A stretch of 37,214 bases of DNA from a virus. Shown in pieces: positions 1 through 7,966 of this stretch (the first letter of the stretch is position 1; every line of letters begins with the position of its first letter). Under the pieces are notes generated by a model. That model was not told the origin of the DNA, did not search any database, and was given only the letters and a program-made list of their open reading frames with translations. The stretch lies in IMG/VR virus record IMGVR_UViG_3300031787_000383; one strand, written 5' to 3'. The translations under genes and the position numbers were made by a program.

Positions 1-127
1 ACTTCGGCCTTGAGTTCGTCAATCATTGCCTGCTGTTCTTGAATGCACTTCATCAGCGCGTATTGCAGGTCGGTCTGATAGATTGATAGGCGCATTTTGG
101 GGTTTTCTTCAGTTCCCCAATTGCTTT
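1..127. repeat. Terminal redundancy of the window, identical to 37088-37214; marks a circularly closed 37,087-bp unit
   Basis: Direct comparison of both ends (acttcggccttgagttcgtc ... ccccaattgcttt), 127/127 identical. The junction lies inside an ORF. Confidence 0.95.
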
Positions 128-1517
128 CCATCACCAACTCAGGCGCTATGGCTTGAACATCCTGTGCCACTACACCCAGCGTTGTGCCGGGGTCTTCCTC
201 CATGTTTTGATCGATATAGTTAAAGGTCTGCACAGGAATCGCACAAATCTTCGACAGGTACGGTCCAGCCGGAGCAAAATTGGTTTTCTCGCGGCGGTCA
301 GACAAGTTGGAATCATTCGCTTGATAGTTATACAAACCGCCATTTGATTTAAGCGAAGCCCTTTGAGTGGAACTATTATCATCGCAATACCAGAACCAAT
401 TATCTGTATTGTTAGGCGCTGCTCCGGTATATCTAACTACTATACCGTATGGAGATGCTGCTGTATGGGAAAAAGTAGTCGTTTGAGTGTCGTTTGCAGA
501 TGCGCGAAATTCATGAAAATTGCCAGTGCCACTTTCATAACCCCCAGTGCTACTCGCCTTGAAATACCCACCCGACGTTATCCGGGCGCGTTCGGTGGCG
601 TTTGTGCCGAAACGAATTGCTGCATTTTCGTAGTTAATTAGCGATACAAGAGAGTCGGAGTTGTTTTGGTCAACAATGAATCCTGTAGTCGCGGCAGTAG
701 TCTTGAGTCGGAAGGCTACACCAGTTCCCTCAACATCAAGTCGGTAAGTCGCCGATGTCCGGCCAATAGCCAGATTCCCCGACGCATCTAGCGTCATGGT
801 CGTTGAACCACCGGACGCATCAATATTTGGGCCGGAGGTGTTATTGGGCGCAGTGAACCACAAGTGCGCTCCGTTTAGCTGGGTATACGCAGCGCCAAAG
901 CCATTTGCTATGTATTTTGCAGTCGGGCCAGATGCAATAAAGATGTTGGAAGTGATTGCCGCGCGACCATCGCTGGCAGAATTGACCGTAGCGCCGGGGC
1001 CAATCTGCATGGCTACAAAATTACTTGCCCACGTACTCGGCGTCACCCCTAGACCGAGGTTGCCGGAGGAGTCGAGGGTCATGCGGTCAACTAAAGCGGC
1101 ATTTGAATCTTCTGTTTGGAAGATCAAAGAGCCGAGTACGCCATTCAATGTTGAACGAATCGCACCAGCACCATTGCCACCGGCAGTCGGGCCGATTGTC
1201 AGTTGACCACCGCGAAGGAGAAGCTCTCCACCTTCAACATTGAGTTTGGTTAGCGGAGAAGCCGTTCCAACCCCAACATTTCCAGATGCGTTTACCACAA
1301 ACGGTGTGCTGTCAGGGTTTGACGAGTCCTCAACCAGAATTGCATTGCCTGCGCCTGTCTGCGTGATTCGCAGTGCATCAGTCGCACTGTTCGCGCTGAT
1401 GATCGCCGTTGCGTTGATCGCAATGTCGCGCGGCACAACGTAGGTATCGCCTGACTGTGCGGCTTGGATTTGTGGGATTGCTGTATTCAGCAACAACACC
1501 TCATATGCTGGGGGCAT
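1..1517 (-). CDS. Tail fibre protein with C-terminal S74-type intramolecular chaperone/autoprotease domain. The ORF runs off base 1 and finishes at 37066 after wrapping (512 aa in total).
   Basis: ATG at 1517 preceded by AAGGAG (1523-1528). Not in the ORF track because it crosses the window edge. The translation ends ...NLSDRREKTNFAPAGPYLSKICAIPVQTFNY...GVVAQDVQAIAPELV...LQYALMKCIQEQQAMIDELKAEVAALKGA, the Ser/Lys chaperone-domain pattern of endosialidase-type fibres. Confidence 0.85.
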   Translation of the reverse strand, partial: MPPAYEVLLLNTAIPQIQAAQSGDTYVVPRDIAINATAIISANSATDALRITQTGAGNAILVEDSSNPDSTPFVVNASGNVGVGTASPLTKLNVEGGELLLRGGQLTIGPTAGGNGAGAIRSTLNGVLGSLIFQTEDSNAALVDRMTLDSSGNLGLGVTPSTWASNFVAMQIGPGATVNSASDGRAAITSNIFIASGPTAKYIANGFGAAYTQLNGAHLWFTAPNNTSGPNIDASGGSTTMTLDASGNLAIGRTSATYRLDVEGTGVAFRLKTTAATTGFIVDQNNSDSLVSLINYENAAIRFGTNATERARITSGGYFKASSTGGYESGTGNFHEFRASANDTQTTTFSHTAASPYGIVVRYTGAAPNNTDNWFWYCDDNSSTQRASLKSNGGLYNYQANDSNLSDRREKTNFAPAGPYLSKICAIPVQTFNYIDQNMEEDPGTTLGVVAQDVQAIAPELVMESNWGTEENPKMRLSIYQTDLQYALMKCIQEQQAMIDELKAE

Positions 1518-1528
1518 GGGTAGGCTCC

Positions 1529-1756
1529 TTAAATCGGGTTGTAAGACGTGCCGTTACTTGTCAGCACTGTCTCGACAACATAGAAACTGGTGCCTGCACT
1601 GTTTAGCACTTCTTCATCGACAGTGTAAGGCGTTGCATCGCTGGTCAACACAATCCACGGCGGGCCAGGATTAGGTCCAGCAAAGTCTGTCGCCAGCGTA
1701 GCGACAGTGCCTAGCCCTAAGCCAAGTCCGTTGCGGACGGGTATGCCAAAGCTCAT
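1529..1756 (-). CDS. Hypothetical virion-module protein (75 aa)
   Basis: ORF track. ATGA overlap with the upstream 100-aa gene; lies 11 nt upstream of the fibre start. Confidence 0.5.
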   Translation of the reverse strand: MSFGIPVRNGLGLGLGTVATLATDFAGPNPGPPWIVLTSDATPYTVDEEVLNSAGTSFYVVETVLTSNGTSYNPI

Positions 1757-2055
1757 CGGATGTTGATCGGTTTAGCGTAGACCGTACCAGCGGAAGCAAT
1801 CTGGATCGCGCTGACTCGCCACGGTGCGCCGGTGCCTTGCGGCACGATGAACGGGATTGGCGTGTTGGCCGGAATTGGCGTGGAGCTGGTCGTTGCAGTC
1901 ACGCCTTCACCCACGGTCACGTAGGCAGCGGTCGTTGACCAGATCACTACGCCTTGCGGGCCTGCCGGCCAGGCCGTCGTGCTGCCCGCCGTGCCCGTGT
2001 AGGACGCGGTTCGGGCGGGAAAATCGCCGTCAGCTAGAGGATTTAACAGTTCCAT
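1753..2055 (-). CDS. Hypothetical virion-module protein (100 aa, Thr/Ala/Gly-rich)
   Basis: ORF track. AAGGA lies 6 nt upstream of the ATG at 2055. Confidence 0.6.
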   Translation of the reverse strand: MELLNPLADGDFPARTASYTGTAGSTTAWPAGPQGVVIWSTTAAYVTVGEGVTATTSSTPIPANTPIPFIVPQGTGAPWRVSAIQIASAGTVYAKPINIR

Positions 2056-2064
2056 TGTGCGTCC

Positions 2065-2427
2065 TTATGCGAGGAAGCGGAGCTTGTACAGAGTCGAGAG
2101 ATACTGCCCCACGATCTCATCAATGATGTTTTGAAGCGGTGTGTCGGCTTTATCGCAGACCTTGTACCGCATCTCTTCAACGTCAGCAAGTGAATCTTTG
2201 AGAAACTCAATGACGTCGCTGTTCTTCTTAGCGCCCATCAGCGTGATAGGGCCAATCAGGCCATGACGGCCTTGGTAGGCCTCTGCAAACTTGTCTGCAA
2301 GCTCAACGATATTGTCGTAGAACTCGTTCAAAGCGACGTGTTTGGCGTAAGACTTGGTGTTGAGATGCACGCTGTGCGTGACATCGCGGGCTAGAAAAAG
2401 CGTACCGATAAAGTCTGCGCAGCTCAC
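2065..2427 (-). CDS. Dps/ferritin-like four-helix-bundle protein (120 aa), GTG start overlapping the portal stop
   Basis: GTGA overlap with the portal stop; AAGGAG 7 nt upstream. The segment VHLNTKSYAKHVALNEFYDNIVELADKFAE has an H...H-x15-D-x3-E spacing like the Dps ferroxidase ligands. Confidence 0.6.
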   Translation of the reverse strand: MSCADFIGTLFLARDVTHSVHLNTKSYAKHVALNEFYDNIVELADKFAEAYQGRHGLIGPITLMGAKKNSDVIEFLKDSLADVEEMRYKVCDKADTPLQNIIDEIVGQYLSTLYKLRFLA

Positions 2428-4559
2428 TGCGGTACTCCTTGCATCGCCATCTGCTGTTGAGCGACCACCATATCACCGGCTGTCATCACGTCTTTTAGCG
2501 TCTGCATGACCACGTCTTGCACCTGATCAGGCGTCATACCGCTGGAAACTGCCTGGATTCGTTTAGTTTCAGCATTGTACTCGTCGATGCGCAGTTTTTG
2601 GGCTTCCATCGACTTGCCGACGTTCTGCAGCATGTTATACATCTGCTCCATCTGCGCTTGCATCGCCTGAATCTGCTGATTGGCCGCTTGCAGCGCAGGA
2701 TCGTCTTCATCCTGCAGCAGTTTGGGGTCAATCATCTTCTTCAGCCGCTCAGCCAGCTCCTGCGCCCCCGGCCAATCCATGTTCTTGACAAACAGATCGC
2801 CTGCCGCAGCCCACAGGTTCGGGTTGCCTTGCAGAATCTGGCTCATCGCGTCCATCGACTCCTGACGCTTGGTCAAATAGCTCGGGCCAACCGTGACCTT
2901 GACGTCGTACTTACCAACGCCAGGGTTGTAAATCTTCTGCACCACGACACCAGCTTCGTTGACCATCTTCCGCACGGGTTCTGGCTGGTTGGGGTCAAGC
3001 CGTACCATGTCAGAGTTGCCATCAACCTGAATAATCCGCGCAATCCGAGGCGTATCGTAGATTTTGGGGATCAGATCGACCAGTTGACGGCCTACGTACC
3101 GAATCGCACGGGCGTAGTTATCGACGTAATGGTACGTACCGACGTCGCCCTCACGCTGGCGAGCCAAAATAGCCCGCCCAGAGCGCTCATTTGAGGTCAT
3201 CCCAAGGCTTGCGTTGTACTGCCCTGTAGCCGCTTTAATGTCTTCTGACGCGCCCATTTTGGCCTGAATCAGGCCTGTTTGGGCCATTGGAGGCTGTGCG
3301 CGCTGCGGAAGCGGCAAAACGTTGCCAGCACCGTCGGTTACGTCTGGATTGACCTCCAAATACGGGTAATTCGTCGTGTTCGCGGTCTTCCACTTCTCTT
3401 CGTAGCCCTCAAACTGACCGCCGTAGCCGATAAACGGTGCTTTTGGCGCTAGCGCCAGCATTTCCGCCTCTTGGCTCACCCAGTAGTTGTACATCCGCTG
3501 GGCATCTTTGGCGTTTCTGACCAAACCTGAAATCTCAAGCTGGCCTTCAATGTTCCATTCGTTGCCGATAACGCGAATAACAGGGATGTATGACCCCGCC
3601 CAGTCGCGTTCTTCGATGATCTCGTAGCCGTTAGTCTTGCACCACTTGATCTTCTTACGCTGCACCTTGCGCTGACGGCTAGGTCTTAGCCCCATTTCGC
3701 GCATCATCTTGTCTTGCGGGGTGCCTTGGAACGTCGTGGTGCCGTCTGGGTACAGATTCAGCGTAGCAGGCGTGTAATCGCAGTAGAAATATTCTGCAAT
3801 CCTCACCGTCATCTCGCCCAGCCACTGCGACAGCGACTGGTCGCCCACGCCTTGCGTCATAATCGAGCTGACTGGCATAGCGTTGGGGTACAAACGCTCA
3901 TATTCGGTCTTCAGGATGTCTTCGGTGATAAAACACCACTCTGCATCCGCACCGCACGGGTCTTGGATCGTCGGGTCCATGTAGACCGAAAAACTGTTCC
4001 GCACGCGCCCGATCTTGATGTCCTGATCAAAGCTCGTCTCGTCGCAATATTCGGTAAGAATCCGAATGTAGCCCTCGCCAAACGTCACCTGGTTGTCGCA
4101 CGCGGTGTCGTAAGCCACGTCAGCATTCGAGATGTACTCAATGTGACGGATCATGCCGTCAAAAATCTCAGCGACCTCAACGTCCGCCTTGTCGTCGGCT
4201 GGGATGACGTTAGGCGACGGCCTGTTTTGCCGCTGCTCGTTGGTCACCTGGCGCACGTGTTGCGGCAGCTTGTTGATCGTCAGGCATGGTCGCGCGTTGA
4301 TTGTCTGCCCTTGCACCGACCCGCGCACTGACAACACATCTGCCGGCCACTGGTAGTGATTGTCCGGCGAGCCTGCCATAAACCGCAGGTCGTCTAACTG
4401 ATCTTCGCGCGTATCACTGTATGCGCTTACAGCGGTTCTAAACCGCTGGCGCATTTCTGACAGCCGATGCGAGTCGCTCTTTTTAGCGTGCTCGCCCTCA
4501 TCGCCGCCTACATCCGCGACGTAGGCTGCCCCAGCCATGCCTGTTTGATCGTAAGCCAT
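2424..4559 (-). CDS. Portal protein (711 aa)
   Basis: Size and position downstream of the terminase. Gln/Met-rich C-terminal coiled-coil tail (QQIQAMQAQMEQMYNMLQNV) like P22-type portal barrels. Confidence 0.88.
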   Translation of the reverse strand: MAYDQTGMAGAAYVADVGGDEGEHAKKSDSHRLSEMRQRFRTAVSAYSDTREDQLDDLRFMAGSPDNHYQWPADVLSVRGSVQGQTINARPCLTINKLPQHVRQVTNEQRQNRPSPNVIPADDKADVEVAEIFDGMIRHIEYISNADVAYDTACDNQVTFGEGYIRILTEYCDETSFDQDIKIGRVRNSFSVYMDPTIQDPCGADAEWCFITEDILKTEYERLYPNAMPVSSIMTQGVGDQSLSQWLGEMTVRIAEYFYCDYTPATLNLYPDGTTTFQGTPQDKMMREMGLRPSRQRKVQRKKIKWCKTNGYEIIEERDWAGSYIPVIRVIGNEWNIEGQLEISGLVRNAKDAQRMYNYWVSQEAEMLALAPKAPFIGYGGQFEGYEEKWKTANTTNYPYLEVNPDVTDGAGNVLPLPQRAQPPMAQTGLIQAKMGASEDIKAATGQYNASLGMTSNERSGRAILARQREGDVGTYHYVDNYARAIRYVGRQLVDLIPKIYDTPRIARIIQVDGNSDMVRLDPNQPEPVRKMVNEAGVVVQKIYNPGVGKYDVKVTVGPSYLTKRQESMDAMSQILQGNPNLWAAAGDLFVKNMDWPGAQELAERLKKMIDPKLLQDEDDPALQAANQQIQAMQAQMEQMYNMLQNVGKSMEAQKLRIDEYNAETKRIQAVSSGMTPDQVQDVVMQTLKDVMTAGDMVVAQQQMAMQGVPQ

Positions 4560-4705
4560 TACTTCTTTTTCATTGGTGGTTTAGCCGCTGCGCGCTTGGT
4601 AGCGTATGCGATGGCGACTGCCTGTTTCACGGGCTTCCCTGAGCGTACTTCAGTAGAAATGTTTTTACGGAAGGCGGCTTTGCTGGGTGACTTGACGAGG
4701 GGCAT
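4559..4705 (-). CDS. Small very basic protein (48 aa): MPLVKSPSKAAFRKNISTEVRSGKPVKQAVAIAYATKRAAAKPPMKKK
   Basis: Below the ORF-track cutoff; translated by hand. GAGG lies upstream of the ATG at 4705. Its TAA overlaps the portal ATG (TAATG). Confidence 0.65.
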   Translation of the reverse strand: MPLVKSPSKAAFRKNISTEVRSGKPVKQAVAIAYATKRAAAKPPMKKK

Positions 4706-4707
4706 AC

Positions 4708-4860
4708 CTACCTCTTTTTAGCTGTTTTAGCCGACTCGCGGAAGGCTTTTGCGGTCGGTGCACCGGGTGCGCCCGGCTTTCGCATTTTTTCGCCAGACCC
4801 GGCTTTGATGCGCTCGCGTTTAGCGTGAATATTACTGTAAAGACCGGGTTTAGTCGCCAT
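4708..4860 (-). CDS. Small basic protein (50 aa): MATKPGLYSNIHAKRERIKAGSGEKMRKPG...
   Basis: Internal ATG of ORF 4708..4926, placed 1 nt after the stop of the upstream gene (TGACATG). Confidence 0.65.
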   Translation of the reverse strand: MATKPGLYSNIHAKRERIKAGSGEKMRKPGAPGAPTAKAFRESAKTAKKR

Positions 4861-4861
4861 G

Positions 4862-5125
4862 TCAGCATTTCCATCGTTTAAGTGACGCCTTAGCGCGCTC
4901 TGCGTCGCCTTTGGCATTCCTGACAACGCCTGACATGCGGGCGCAGAAGGATGCTTTGCGGCCTTTGTCAGCTTCAGTCTTCGGGTTGGGTGCGGGCGCT
5001 TTGAGGTTGCTGCCGGTGGCTGCGTTGTACTTGGCTCGGCCTTTGGCTGTCAGGCCAGCTCCCTTGGACACGGGCAGCTTCTCGCCGCGCCCCACTGCCA
5101 GGCTGACTGACTTCTTAGTAGCCAC
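4862..5125 (-). CDS. Small basic protein (87 aa, about 25% Lys/Arg)
   Basis: ORF track. The GTG start overlaps the upstream stop (TAGTG). Confidence 0.7.
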   Translation of the reverse strand: MATKKSVSLAVGRGEKLPVSKGAGLTAKGRAKYNAATGSNLKAPAPNPKTEADKGRKASFCARMSGVVRNAKGDAERAKASLKRWKC

Positions 5126-5538
5126 TAACGCACCCCCATAAACGTGCGCAGATAGTTTACATACTCTATCTGCTCAGGGGTAGGTTTTAGCGCTGACGGG
5201 TCGCCAGAGAGTATACGCGCTGCTACAGTGGCCGCGCGGTCCTCAGGGTTCTGACTGTACTGCGCAAACGCGCGCTCTTGCTCTGGTGTCAACGCAAACC
5301 GAGGCGGCTTAGCCATTCCAGTGCGCATGTGAACGCGCGCCGCTTCATTAAGAATAACCGCTTGCTTTTCTTTGTCTGACAGTTGGCTGTACGGGTTCAT
5401 AACGATCTTGTCGTCTTCCGCTGCCATACCCGCTACATGAGGGTTTTTCTTAAAATAGTCATCTTCTGACTTATACGGATCGCGCATGCCGATGCCGTAA
5501 TGCCCGATTGCGTAGCCCGCTGCTGGTCCGCCTGGCAT
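5125..5538 (-). CDS. Hypothetical protein (137 aa) between terminase and portal
   Basis: Internal ATG at 5538 of ORF 5125..5637, 1 nt after the terL TAA. The longer version would overlap terL by 98 nt. Confidence 0.65.
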   Translation of the reverse strand: MPGGPAAGYAIGHYGIGMRDPYKSEDDYFKKNPHVAGMAAEDDKIVMNPYSQLSDKEKQAVILNEAARVHMRTGMAKPPRFALTPEQERAFAQYSQNPEDRAATVAARILSGDPSALKPTPEQIEYVNYLRTFMGVR

Positions 5539-5539
5539 G

Positions 5540-7066
5540 TTAAGCCCCCATCCAGCTCGTCGCGCCCGATGAGCGGTCAGAGTAGGCGCGGCGGGTGTTG
5601 GCGATGCGTGGCTCACGGCTGGCAACCGGATAGGCAAACGTGACGGCGATCGCGTCCGCCGCGTCGGGTGATGCTAGACCCCTGGCTTTCATATCTTTCT
5701 TGCTCTCCAAGAAGATTGTACCGCTCGAGTCTGGCTTGGTCTTGGGGCCGGTCAGGTCCGCTTTGAGCTGCCTGTCTGGCGCAATACTAGCCGTCTTTAG
5801 CCAGTCTCGCATTGCACCCCACAGCTCCGCGCGCTTGTTACCCCACATAATCTGGTTCTTGGCTTTCCAGCCAAAGTTTACCCCACGCACCTTATACCGC
5901 TGTTCAACCAGCCGGTCAAGTATTCCATACCCCAGCCCACCTTCGTCAATCACCGTCAACGTCGGCTTGTACTCCTCGATCGCGTCGATGACGTGCCCAA
6001 CGGTCGTCATCGTGTCATCACCCCGATACCGTTTGATTGCGATGATGTCTCGACCTTGCCTGACCGCAATGACTGTCGAGTCACCTCCTGACCTGGCTGG
6101 GTCAATCCCGATGACAATCGGTGCTGTCTCGTCTTTGTGTTTAGCGCGGCCAAATGCAGCGTCTACTAGGCTGGGGCCGATGAACTGGTCGTCACCTGCG
6201 CTCGGAAACTCTCCAAACACCTCGACCTTGGCCTGTATCGAGTCCTCGCCGTACTCCGCAATGATCTGCTCGTATATCTGCTTGTCGGTGCCCTCTACGT
6301 CGCGGGCGTCGATGTTCTCTGTTACCCAGAAGTCGCGCTTACTGTTGAAGCACTCGAAGAAGTAGCCTTGGTTGCGCCGGGGGTTGCTAAACGCGCACCA
6401 GAAGCGATGCGGCGTGTTTTCCGTAAAGAACCCCTGCGCCACGTCCCAAATCGAATCTGGAATACCAGACGCCTCATCAAAGATCAGCAGCACGCCGTCG
6501 CTGTTGTGCAGACCAGCGTAAGCGTCCGGGTTTTCTTCTGACCACAGACGCCCCTCAACCGACCAGAAGCGCGTGCCCTTCTTTAGATCGCGCTCGACAA
6601 TCTCAGCCAACCACTTGGCTGGCGTCACGCGCGTTGCGCTGATCTCGAACCAATGGCTGTTAATCATCATAGCCAGCCACTTGGTAATCTCAGACCAGGT
6701 GATCGACCGGAGCTGCGCCTCGCTGTTAGCCGACACAATCGTGGTGCTGCCGATTCGCGTGGACAGCATCCACAGTATCAGCCAAGACACTAGCGCCGAC
6801 TTACCAATCCCACGGCCAGAGGCCACCGCCAGCCGAAAGACGTTGTAGTCAACGCGCCCGCCGTTGTCTTTAATGTGCTGGGCGATCTGCCGCAAAATCT
6901 TGCGCTGCCATTTGCGCGGGCCTGTGTAGTGTTCTAGCGGCGTGCCCTTCTGGCCCCACGGAAACGCGAACAACACAAACGCTTCTGGGTCGTCTTTGAT
7001 GCGCGGCTGCCAAAGCCGCACCATCAAAGTCTGTTCGTCAGATGCGCTGTAGATTGGCTGCTGCAA
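5540..7066 (-). CDS. terL: Terminase large subunit (508 aa from TTG 7066; alternative ATG at 7024)
   Basis: Walker A-like VASGRGIGKSAL, a C-terminal nuclease-type region, and size and position. GGAG lies 9 nt upstream of the TTG. Confidence 0.9.
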   Translation of the reverse strand: MQQPIYSASDEQTLMVRLWQPRIKDDPEAFVLFAFPWGQKGTPLEHYTGPRKWQRKILRQIAQHIKDNGGRVDYNVFRLAVASGRGIGKSALVSWLILWMLSTRIGSTTIVSANSEAQLRSITWSEITKWLAMMINSHWFEISATRVTPAKWLAEIVERDLKKGTRFWSVEGRLWSEENPDAYAGLHNSDGVLLIFDEASGIPDSIWDVAQGFFTENTPHRFWCAFSNPRRNQGYFFECFNSKRDFWVTENIDARDVEGTDKQIYEQIIAEYGEDSIQAKVEVFGEFPSAGDDQFIGPSLVDAAFGRAKHKDETAPIVIGIDPARSGGDSTVIAVRQGRDIIAIKRYRGDDTMTTVGHVIDAIEEYKPTLTVIDEGGLGYGILDRLVEQRYKVRGVNFGWKAKNQIMWGNKRAELWGAMRDWLKTASIAPDRQLKADLTGPKTKPDSSGTIFLESKKDMKARGLASPDAADAIAVTFAYPVASREPRIANTRRAYSDRSSGATSWMGA

Positions 7067-7478
7067 GTGATGGCTCCAGTTTCTCGGTCGCCTGCACGTC
7101 GATGACGCGCTGCTCTGCCTGTTCTAGCGCGCTGATGACGCTGATCTGTTGCGCAACGTCAATTTGCACTTGCTGCTTAGCAACCCAATCGTGCCGGTGC
7201 TTTAGCACCTCAAGCGCCGCTTTGGTATCGCCTGCCAACGCCGCGCTCATCATAACAGCCGCTAGCTCTTTCTCAGCGTCAGCGCGCCCTTTCTGTTCTG
7301 CCATTTCGGCAATTGGGTCCATCTGACACAGACGCCGGAACTCGGTGGGCAACATTCCTGCCGCTAGCGCCAGCGCGTCGCCCTTTAGACCTAACTTGGC
7401 AGCGTCGTAGATGCGCTGCAGACGCGCTTCGGTAGCAACCAGCGTGCGCGCCGTGAGCGGAAGTGACTGGAAAGTCAT
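7038..7478 (-). CDS. terS: Putative terminase small subunit (146 aa)
   Basis: First gene of the leftward block, overlapping the terL start. Helical protein with an HTH-like N-terminus. Assignment is by position and layout only. Confidence 0.55.
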   Translation of the reverse strand: MTFQSLPLTARTLVATEARLQRIYDAAKLGLKGDALALAAGMLPTEFRRLCQMDPIAEMAEQKGRADAEKELAAVMMSAALAGDTKAALEVLKHRHDWVAKQQVQIDVAQQISVISALEQAEQRVIDVQATEKLEPSLAAANLQRI

Positions 7479-7510
7479 CTAGGTGGTGCAACAGATTGTG
7501 TGGTGCAGCA

Positions 7511-7539
7511 ATTATATATAAAAGAAAAATTTTTTGCAC
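7511..7539 (-). promoter_or_regulatory. Candidate sigma70-type leftward promoter for the terS block
   Basis: -10 TATAAT (7516-7511), 17-nt spacer, -35-like GTGCAA (7539-7534), with an A/T tract upstream. Confidence 0.4.
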
Positions 7540-7558
7540 TGATACAAATTGTGTGGCG
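7534..7558 (+). promoter_or_regulatory. 25-nt promoter-like box, copy A: TTGCACTGATACAAATTGTGTGGCG (TGn + TACAAA extended -10 type)
   Basis: Matches copy B (8140-8164) at 20/25 positions with identical spacing. Back-to-back with the leftward TATAAT promoter. Confidence 0.45.
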
Positions 7559-7815
7559 TGGACTGATAAATAAAAAAGTTTTTGTGAGGGGTCCGTTTTT
7601 GATCGGGCCAGCCGCCGGCCCTGGCCGGGGGCTATCAGCCGACCGGCTCCGATCGACGCAAGCTATCAGCTACCGGCCGCGCCAGCCCGCCAGGCGTGCG
7701 GTCAATGGGTCACATGGGTCATGGCCCAGCGGGTCGAAGGCGTGCGTCCAAACCGCATGCAAACCGGGTCAATGGGTCAAATGGGTCATGACCATTTGAA
7801 TTGATAAACGGTTTT

Positions 7816-7859
7816 GGGAAACGGGCGGGAAAGGGGCGCGGGGCTGGGTGAAACGGGGG
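7816..7859 (+). other. G-quadruplex-forming motif (7 runs of G3-G5 in 44 nt)
   Basis: GGGaaacGGGcGGGaaaGGGGcgcGGGGctGGGtgaaacGGGGG, read directly from the sequence. Confidence 0.6.
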
Positions 7860-7946
7860 TTATGGGTCATCTGGGTCACATGGGTACCCCACTTTTAGTC
7901 GCGCCAATGTTTTGCGCGTGCTCCCGCCAGCGCCGCCATACAGTGC

Positions 7947-7966
7947 TACTGTACGGATATACAGTA
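7947..7966. promoter_or_regulatory. LexA (SOS) box-like palindrome TACTGTACGGATATACAGTA
   Basis: Perfect CTGT-N8-ACAG core; 17/20 match to TACTG(TA)5CAGTA. It overlaps a possible leftward promoter (-35 CTGTCA, -10 TATATC). Confidence 0.4.

Noticed and set aside
5539-5637. 99-nt 5' extension of the 137-aa gene overlapping terL (possible overlapping or frameshift product)
   Set aside because: The internal ATG at 5538 sits 1 nt after the terL stop, the usual coupling pattern in this genome. The extension is Pro/Ala/Arg-rich and looks non-coding in that frame.
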